From an uncultured Alphaproteobacteria bacterium (GTDB lineage Bacteria; Pseudomonadota; Alphaproteobacteria; ATCC43930; CGMCC-115725), in contig CAWJXM010000009.1 of NCBI GenBank assembly GCA_963846635.1, positions 1,889 to 65,888 of the forward strand: a stretch of DNA of 64,000 bases, given 5' to 3'. Positions 58,273 through 64,000 of this stretch are shown piece after piece. The position numbers and the translations under genes are program-made. The notes beneath the pieces are model-generated. The model did not search any database. It was given only the letters and a program-made list of their open reading frames with translations, and was not told the DNA's origin. How positions within the stretch are numbered: position 1 is the stretch's first letter; each line of letters begins with the position of its first letter.

Positions 58273-59538
58273 CTACGAGGTATGAGAGCGCAGTGGAACA
58301 ACTTTGCCATCGTCGGACACGCTACCTTTCATCGCCGCGGAGATCCGAGCTGCTGTGCGATCGGCGACCGCCCGCAACGGATCATCAGCGAGGTGCGCAT
58401 ACCCTTCGGTGGTTCGTGCCTGTTTGTGACCAAGCACTTTCCCCACCATGTAGAGGGTGTTTCCATCCGCCACCGCGAACGACGCGAATGAATGGCGAAG
58501 GTCGTGCAACCGCAATCCAGGAAGTCCAGCGCGGACGCGCACTCGTTCCCAATCCTTTTGTAATCCGCTGTAATGGCCATCGCCTTTGGCGGCCGGCAGG
58601 ACGTGCACGGACGTTCGCGGCAGCCCACTCAGCAATTCCAGCGCTGCCGCGGCCAGTGGCACGACCTTCGCACCGGTCTTGCTGTCGGGAAGTCTGAGAC
58701 AGCCCCGCGCACCATCAACCCATTCCCAGCGGAGAGATAGGATCTCAGACTTGCGGCAACCGGTCAGGAGCAACAGTCGGACCGCGGCCGCTGCAGTAGG
58801 GCGCAGCCGATGCTCGGCTTCCATCGCCGTCAAAGCGTCCGCGAGGCTTGCAACTTCGGCCTCGGAAAGAAACCGCTCTTTCTTCTCGCCCTTCAGCAGC
58901 TGCACGCCCTTCGCAGGGTTTGCGGAGATCAGCTTGCGCCCGACTGCGAACTGCAGCATTGCGCCAAGGACGGCAAGTGAGCGAGCCGCCGTGCCCCGCC
59001 CACCTTCGACAATTGCCCGACCGCGCTTCCCGGTCTTGATATCCGCCTTGTTCTTGCCCGCGGCAACGTCGGCCTGGAATTTGGCGACATCTGCGCTGGT
59101 CAGAGTATTTAGCATTTTGCGGCCCAAGACCGGCTTTATATGCCGCTCGATGTTGGAACGGTCGGTTTCCCAACTCGACGCCTTTTTGTTCGGCTTGTCC
59201 GCCGACCCTTCAGAGAGATACAGCGCAGCCAGGTCCGCAACCGTAAGTGCCCGCTTGGCGTCAGCACGTTCCGAGGCAGGATCAGCACCGTCAGCGACAG
59301 CACCAAGCAGTTTCGCAGCCCGCTTGCGCGCCTCCTCAGGGGTCAGCTTCCCATGCAAGCCGAGCGAGATCCGCCGCGTCCGCCCACCGCGTCCGCCGAG
59401 CTTATATTGAACAACGTAGGACTTTCGGCCCGACGGAAATACGCGCAACCCGAAACCGGGCAGGTCCTCATCCCAGATAAATTTCTCACGTTCTTCCGGG
59501 CGCTCCGCGTCAACCGTTCTCTTGGTCAGCTTGGCCAT
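58273..59538 (-). CDS. int: tyrosine integrase, P4/CP4-57 type with DUF4102 arm-binding N-terminus
   Basis: The N-terminus is MAKLTKRTVDA...FIWDEDLPGFGLRVFPSGRKSYVVQYK. The catalytic region contains LLLLTGCRKSEIL, LRLHDLRHSFAS and LGHKQARTTEGYAHL. Confidence 0.9.
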   Translation of the reverse strand: MAKLTKRTVDAERPEEREKFIWDEDLPGFGLRVFPSGRKSYVVQYKLGGRGGRTRRISLGLHGKLTPEEARKRAAKLLGAVADGADPASERADAKRALTVADLAALYLSEGSADKPNKKASSWETDRSNIERHIKPVLGRKMLNTLTSADVAKFQADVAAGKNKADIKTGKRGRAIVEGGRGTAARSLAVLGAMLQFAVGRKLISANPAKGVQLLKGEKKERFLSEAEVASLADALTAMEAEHRLRPTAAAAVRLLLLTGCRKSEILSLRWEWVDGARGCLRLPDSKTGAKVVPLAAAALELLSGLPRTSVHVLPAAKGDGHYSGLQKDWERVRVRAGLPGLRLHDLRHSFASFAVADGNTLYMVGKVLGHKQARTTEGYAHLADDPLRAVADRTAARISAAMKGSVSDDGKVVPLRSHTS

Positions 59539-59681
59539 ATCCGCACCTCTTCGCATGCTCGTTCGCGTTCTTCCGCGGCAGGAAACGGAAGCCCCACGGA
59601 AGCCCGGCGATACGATTGCTGGAAATTTCGCACCTACCTCTACAATTTCAAGAGGCCCTTATCATTAGTAATTACGTTTGC

Positions 59682-60938
59682 TTAGGAAATTTCAGAAAGA
59701 AGCGGAAGACCCTGGAAAACAGGTATCCTTGACAATGGCATTGTAGAGGTCACCGGTTCGATCCCGGTTGGCTCCACCAACAAACCCAAGGGCTTACGGA
59801 AATTCGCGGGGCTCGCTAACACGCTACTAACACGCAACGCAAGTTGGGGAAGTTGGAGGCGAGCCCCCAACGCCTTCAAATCCGCAAAGTAGGCATCGAT
59901 GGCCTGGGTCGCTCCAGCAAGGTGATCCGGGCCAAATTTTGCGTATCGCTCCGTCGTTTTGTACCCGGAGGTGTGACCGAGGAAGCCAGCGACCTCCCAA
60001 ACCGGCACGCCGCGCTTACGCATTTCCGCCGCGATCGTGTGCCGGATCACGTAGGGCGTTACATCTGATATCGCTGGGATCTGACGGGCGGCTCGTTCCG
60101 TGAGGTGATCGAACGTCGACTTTATGCTCTTGAGGGGTCTTCCGTGGTATTGCACGACCGGTCCCGCGGGAAGAGCGCGAAGATAAGGGAGGAGCGTGTC
60201 ACAGATCGGCAGCGTTGGGCGGCGCTTCTTGTTTTGAGGCCGTCCGGGTGGATTGAGGCGGATCAGGCGGGCATCGCAATCGATCTGAAACGACGTGAGA
60301 TCGAGGATCGCCTTCGGACGGGCAGCCGTGCCGAACGCCAGCATCAAGTACATCGTTTGATGAGGCTCGGTAGCGGCATCGAATAGAGCCTTCGCTTCCT
60401 CGAGTTTCAAGAGCCGTTCGCGTGGCTCCCCTTCGGGAGCAAGTGCCAGCGAGATTGTCGGCGCGGCAGAGATTTCGCCTTCACGCTGAGCGCGGTTCAG
60501 AGCGGCTTGCCCCACCGCGAGCACTCGGCGGATATAGCCACTACTCAAACCTTGATCGCGGAGCGATTCGACGAATTCACGTTGGCGGGCGGATGTGATC
60601 TCCGAAACCAGAGCGCCCGCGAAGAATTCAGACCATTTGGCTAGGCCGTAGCGCGTCGGCTCGGCACTCGCGAGATGTCTGGCGTGCTGCTCGTAATAGC
60701 GAACCAGGCAAGTTTCGAGGTGCGCCTCATCGGAGCGTTGCTGCTCCATCTTTCCGTTGGCGATCACCCACGCGGCGAGCGCGAGTTTGGCGGCCTCAAG
60801 ATTATCTGTGCCGAGCGATGCACGGCAAGTCTGTCGAGTTGTGGTATCGAACCATGTGCGACACCAGGCTGAACTGCCGCGGCGCTGACTGAGCCAATAT
60901 CCGCCGATTTCCGCAATTCTGTCATGCTTTTGACGCAT
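59682..60938 (-). CDS. tyrosine recombinase/integrase (second element)
   Basis: LAFGTAARPKAIL (R), YVIRHTIAAEM (H-x-x-R region) and GHTSGYKTTERYAKF (H...Y) are present. The ORF has no stop before it reads through the tRNA fragment (…VEPTGIEPVTSTMP…). Confidence 0.85.
   Translation of the reverse strand: MRQKHDRIAEIGGYWLSQRRGSSAWCRTWFDTTTRQTCRASLGTDNLEAAKLALAAWVIANGKMEQQRSDEAHLETCLVRYYEQHARHLASAEPTRYGLAKWSEFFAGALVSEITSARQREFVESLRDQGLSSGYIRRVLAVGQAALNRAQREGEISAAPTISLALAPEGEPRERLLKLEEAKALFDAATEPHQTMYLMLAFGTAARPKAILDLTSFQIDCDARLIRLNPPGRPQNKKRRPTLPICDTLLPYLRALPAGPVVQYHGRPLKSIKSTFDHLTERAARQIPAISDVTPYVIRHTIAAEMRKRGVPVWEVAGFLGHTSGYKTTERYAKFGPDHLAGATQAIDAYFADLKALGARLQLPQLALRVSSVLASPANFRKPLGLLVEPTGIEPVTSTMPLSRIPVFQGLPLLSEIS
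59732..59780 (+). repeat. attR-like partial tRNA-Ala copy (49 bp)
   Basis: It is identical to 41416-41464. The base preceding it differs (g versus t), so it is a fragment and not a second tRNA gene. Confidence 0.85.
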
Positions 60939-61123
60939 GGGTCCTCTCGCTGGTTATTGAGGTATGCGGCGATTTGATCTTCGGCGTACCTGATGCGTCC
61001 GCCGATCTTGGTGAAGCCCAGCCGCCCGCGCTTACGCTCGCGTCGAACCGTGTCAGGTGAACAACCCAATGCGGCGGCGACTTGCTTTTCATTGAGTAGA
61101 CGAGGCAAGGAAAGAACAGTCAT
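60764..61123 (-). CDS. excisionase/HTH DNA-binding protein (only the first ~60 aa look genuine)
   Basis: MTVLSLPRLLNEKQVAAALGCSPDTVRRERKRGRLGFTKIGGRIRYAEDQIAAYL is an HTH_17-like domain. The remaining ~58 codons overlap the integrase start in another frame. Confidence 0.5.
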   Translation of the reverse strand: MTVLSLPRLLNEKQVAAALGCSPDTVRRERKRGRLGFTKIGGRIRYAEDQIAAYLNNQREDPCVKSMTELRKSADIGSVSAAAVQPGVAHGSIPQLDRLAVHRSAQIILRPPNSRSPRG

Positions 61124-61138
61124 TTTGTGTTCCGTTCT

Positions 61139-61801
61139 TTACGGCTGGTCATCTTCACCTAGAGCTTTCCTAATACGTCCAACGGCCTCTTCGCCGAGCC
61201 ATTCGTTGATCACACGCGCCCAAGGCCCAAGAGGGCCGCTGTCATCGGGGAAAGCTATCGCTCGACACACTGCCGCGGCGGCGGCTCGGCCGGAATTCCT
61301 GGCGACTTCCCGGAGCTCATCGGATGGCAGAGATTGGAGCAACGCAGGCTCAACCGGCTCACCATCGGGTTTGACGCCTTTAATGATTTCGGCAATGGCG
61401 GCAGAGACCTGACTAAACGCAAACGGGTTCTCTAGCCACGGGCGCTCACTGACGTTCAAAGGACCTCCGGAGAACACCATGGCATGGTCGCCAGCGGCTT
61501 TCGCCGCGAAGCCCGACAGCAACGTGATCCCCGCGACCCGCGGCCCAAGCGCTAGTTCAAGCGCCTCCTTAAGCCGGTTTTGATCATCGAGGGATCGCTC
61601 TAGCCGAAATTCAATCTCTTCAGAGAGACTGCGGCCGGCTTGTATTGCCGCATCATTGATCCGGTCCCGCACAGCGACACGCAAGCGCGTATTGAATTGC
61701 GTCCGCTTGGCCTCGTCGCCCTTTGGAGGTCGCCCAGGCGATCTTCTCCCCACCTTGGGAGGTCGCCCAGGCGATCTTCTCCCCACCTTGTCGTCCAACA
61801 T
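61139..61801 (-). CDS. ribbon-helix-helix (Arc/MetJ-like) protein with duplicated AT-hook-like N-terminal motif
   Basis: KVGRRSPGRPP appears twice at the N-terminus. RTQFNTRLRVAVRDRINDAAIQAGRSLSEEIEFRLERSL fits a beta-strand plus two-helix RHH layout. The gene is divergent from the operator palindromes. Confidence 0.5.
   Translation of the reverse strand: MLDDKVGRRSPGRPPKVGRRSPGRPPKGDEAKRTQFNTRLRVAVRDRINDAAIQAGRSLSEEIEFRLERSLDDQNRLKEALELALGPRVAGITLLSGFAAKAAGDHAMVFSGGPLNVSERPWLENPFAFSQVSAAIAEIIKGVKPDGEPVEPALLQSLPSDELREVARNSGRAAAAAVCRAIAFPDDSGPLGPWARVINEWLGEEAVGRIRKALGEDDQP
61725..61790. repeat. perfect 2 x 33-bp tandem duplication
   Basis: The unit ggaggtcgcccaggcgatcttctccccaccttg occurs at 61725-61757 and 61758-61790. 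It is in frame and lies within the 5' end of the RHH gene. Confidence 0.9.
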
Positions 61802-61826
61802 CCGTCGCGCCTCAAGCGTTTGTGAA

Positions 61827-61908
61827 TTATGACGACAATATAATTGTCATAACCCCTTGCGACAAGTGGGGCCTTTCAGTTATGACAACATATCAGTTGT
61901 CATAACTG
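61827..61908. promoter_or_regulatory. two palindromic operator-like sites built from TTATGACAA(C/T) half-sites
   Basis: The first is ttatgacGACaat-ata-attgtcataa at 61827-61852. The second is cagttatgacaac-atatca-gttgtcataactg at 61877-61908, with perfect 13-bp arms. Both lie in the divergent intergenic region. Confidence 0.45.
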
Positions 61909-61966
61909 AAATCCTGGCCAGGCGGCGACCTGGCGGGGCTTCGATTTTTGTCTAGGACGTTGAGAA

Positions 61967-62476
61967 ATGTATAATTGCACAAATCGATACTACGGTCAAC
62001 AGACTTCACCGGAACCACACGACAGTGAGGCCGAGCGCGACCACCTGGCAGCTATAGAACGGGTACTGGCTGACCCCATAGCCGCCATAGACGCGGTGCG
62101 CGAACGGCACCCCCTCCTCGGTTCACACGGTTTCGGAGAGCGCGAGCCGTTCCCTACCGGAGATCACGTCGAAAACTTTCGGCGTCTGCGGGCCGAAATG
62201 ACGGAGCCCCATCAAGTGGGGCAATTCATCCGCGCCGTCGAGTTCTTGGCCACCCGACGGAACCGGAAGACCCTCAATAAAGAGCATTCAAGCTACGGGC
62301 TGAAACATAGCGCTGAGAGTTGGTGCCGGCGCCGGGTGGGGTACTCGGCAGACGTCTACGTTTCGAACGGGATGTTTATCGCAGCGGCTTTGGCGCTTGG
62401 GTTTCGCGCCGAGCCGATCCGGTGGAGCTCAATCAACGCCTGGACAAGCGTTGGTGCGCCTCTCATTCGCGAATGA
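61967..62476 (+). CDS. hypothetical protein
   Basis: 169-aa ORF downstream of the operator region with protein-like composition. I recognise no family. Confidence 0.4.
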   Translation: MYNCTNRYYGQQTSPEPHDSEAERDHLAAIERVLADPIAAIDAVRERHPLLGSHGFGEREPFPTGDHVENFRRLRAEMTEPHQVGQFIRAVEFLATRRNRKTLNKEHSSYGLKHSAESWCRRRVGYSADVYVSNGMFIAAALALGFRAEPIRWSSINAWTSVGAPLIRE

Positions 62477-62495
62477 AAACTGAGGACGGTGTGCT

Positions 62496-63710
62496 GTGAC
62501 CGCCGACTTCGTAACGATCCTGACCGCAACGGGTCGCCGGCGCGCGGTAAAGCTGATCCAGCCGGCCAGAGACAAGACGACCTGGCCGGCCAAAGATATC
62601 CCAGGTCAGATCGACATCATCCCTTACGAATATATGAAGACCTTCCGCGCCGAGGAGCGCCCGGTATCCTCAATCTATGAGCTGGCCAAGATCCTCGACG
62701 ACATCGAGCGCAGTATCTCCTCGTTCATTGTGCGCGGGCGTATTGCTGATGGCGTCGACCGCAATCGGATGGTGCGCCGGGTGCGTGACCGTAGTGACGG
62801 TGTCGATCCGACCTTACTGCCCGCGGAGCATTACTGGATCGCGCTCGACCTCGATGCGATCCCTTGCCCGGAATACATCGATCCGGCACACGAGCCGAAG
62901 GCCGCAGTCGAGTATGTCATCGACCGGTTGCCGGAGGAATTCCACAACGCGACATGCCGATGGCAGTTCACTTCATCCCAAGGGTTCAAGACTAGCACGA
63001 TCAGCCTTCGACGCTACTTCTGGGCCGACCGGCCGCTTTCGGATAGCGACTTAAAAAGCTGGCTATGCGCGTGTAAGTCCGGAACAAAGATCCGGCGGTG
63101 GCCGATGATCGACGGCGCTGTCTTCTCACCGGCACAGCCGATCTATACCGCCGCGCCGCTCATATGCGGCGGCCTGCGCGATCCCATGCCCGTGCGCAGT
63201 GGAATCCTCTTCGGCGCTTGTGATGAGGTATTGGCGCCTGAGATCGTCCCCGAGCATCGACGCAGCGGCTATAGCGGCCACGGCGGGGGCACACAGGCAC
63301 CGGGAGAGCCCGGCCTAGGGATGGAAGGCTTCTGCTCTCGAATAGGCGACCACGAGGCCGGAGATGGTTTTTTCCGGCCGATCAAAAGTGCGGTCGCAGC
63401 CTACATCGCCCGGCATGGTTCACAGGTCGACACGACATGGCTTCGCGCGGACCTCGAAGCGGTCATTCGAGGCGCGCCGCGTGCCCTTGCGAAGCACCCG
63501 GACGACTACGTTGAGCTTAGGGTCTCCGACCTTGATCCGCTGATCGCCGCCATCGTTGATATGGAACGCGCGGCCGAAGAGGCAGAGAAGGCCGCCGCCG
63601 AGGCGCCTGAAGATTCAGACACACCGGACGAGCTCGCCGTTCTCGTAGATCAGCACTGGGACGAGATAGTTGCTTGGGCGCGTCAGAATATTCCTGGGTG
63701 CAAGCTGTGA
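62496..63710 (+). CDS. hypothetical protein, possibly primase-polymerase (AEP)-like
   Basis: 404 aa. HYWIALDLDAI (a possible D-x-D motif), a TSSQGFKTSTISLRRYFW segment and MIDGAVFSPAQPIYTAAP are present. The resemblance to AEP motifs I-III is judged by eye only. Confidence 0.4.
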   Translation: MTADFVTILTATGRRRAVKLIQPARDKTTWPAKDIPGQIDIIPYEYMKTFRAEERPVSSIYELAKILDDIERSISSFIVRGRIADGVDRNRMVRRVRDRSDGVDPTLLPAEHYWIALDLDAIPCPEYIDPAHEPKAAVEYVIDRLPEEFHNATCRWQFTSSQGFKTSTISLRRYFWADRPLSDSDLKSWLCACKSGTKIRRWPMIDGAVFSPAQPIYTAAPLICGGLRDPMPVRSGILFGACDEVLAPEIVPEHRRSGYSGHGGGTQAPGEPGLGMEGFCSRIGDHEAGDGFFRPIKSAVAAYIARHGSQVDTTWLRADLEAVIRGAPRALAKHPDDYVELRVSDLDPLIAAIVDMERAAEEAEKAAAEAPEDSDTPDELAVLVDQHWDEIVAWARQNIPGCKL

Positions 63711-64000
63711 CGATAGATTTTAATCCGCCACCCCCGCCAAAACCGAAGTTCTTCGTCTTTGGCGACGCTAGAACGACAGGAGCCGGCAAGACCACTGAAT
63801 TGATCAACATGCTGGTCCACGAAATGACCGCACGTCCCGATTACCGAGTCGCCTTTGCCGTTCCGAGACACCGTCTGGGCGAAGATATCGCCAAGCAATT
63901 TATCCATCGTGGCTTTGACGCTCGCGTTTTCTACGGACGCAACGCGCTTGACCCGGCAATCCCCAGCCAAAAAATGTGCAGGGAACTCGAGCGCACCGAC
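63707..64000 (+). CDS. P-loop NTPase (helicase-like), 3' end beyond the window
   Basis: It is not in the ORF track because it has no stop. The GTG at 63707 overlaps the previous stop (GTGA). The frame is open to 64000 and contains Walker A GDARTTGAGKTT. Confidence 0.5.
   Translation, partial: MTIDFNPPPPPKPKFFVFGDARTTGAGKTTELINMLVHEMTARPDYRVAFAVPRHRLGEDIAKQFIHRGFDARVFYGRNALDPAIPSQKMCRELERTD

Larger units (their letters stand above)
41465..59731. mobile_element. tRNA-Ala-associated genomic island / P4-like integrative element (~18.3 kb, composite and partly degraded)
   Basis: It is bounded by the 49-bp direct repeat. An integrase, two excisionase-type HTH genes and a D5/P4 helicase lie at the right end. 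An IS66 insertion, gene remnants and AT-richer patches lie inside. Confidence 0.7.
59781..64000. mobile_element. second integrative element in tandem (left part only; runs off the window)
   Basis: A second tyrosine recombinase abuts the tRNA fragment. An HTH, an RHH/AT-hook regulator, palindromic operators, a possible primase-polymerase-like protein and a P-loop protein follow. Confidence 0.55.

Overview
This is a high-GC chromosomal segment that looks alphaproteobacterial by gene content and repeat families; that is my inference and no search was run. Nt 1-41.3 kb is mostly core or metabolic. It holds four MFS transporters, a TesA / YbbA / YbbP-like set, an HpnN-like RND/MMPL pump, a 1333-aa double hybrid histidine kinase and cobA. 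It also holds a minus-strand tesA-FIST-thpR-EVE block, tadA, a pseudouridine synthase, rsmD, a fumarylacetoacetase cluster and the conserved aroA-cmk-rpsA-ihfB-lapA block. A tRNA-Ala(GGC) sits at 41388-41463. It is followed by an ~18.3-kb accessory island bounded by a perfect 49-bp direct repeat of the tRNA 3' end (41416-41464 and 59732-59780). The island carries a P4-like integrase / excisionase / D5-type helicase module, an iteron-like dyad array and an IS66-family insertion with an 8-bp target duplication that splits a receiver-domain remnant. It also carries visibly AT-richer cargo. The most interesting cargo gene is a Zn-ribbon / wHTH / nucleoside-2-deoxyribosyltransferase-like protein at 46972-47877. 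A divergent XRE-YkgJ / lipoprotein-retropepsin protease module and a secreted Q/N/Y/G-rich repeat protein are also present. A second integrase-led element starts directly after the right repeat and runs off the window. Caveat: at least eight conserved genes between 20.6 and 31.7 kb, including tadA, are split by single-nucleotide indels. Pseudogene calls there may therefore reflect assembly error. All calls come from reading the sequence and the ORF track by eye; no database searches were run.
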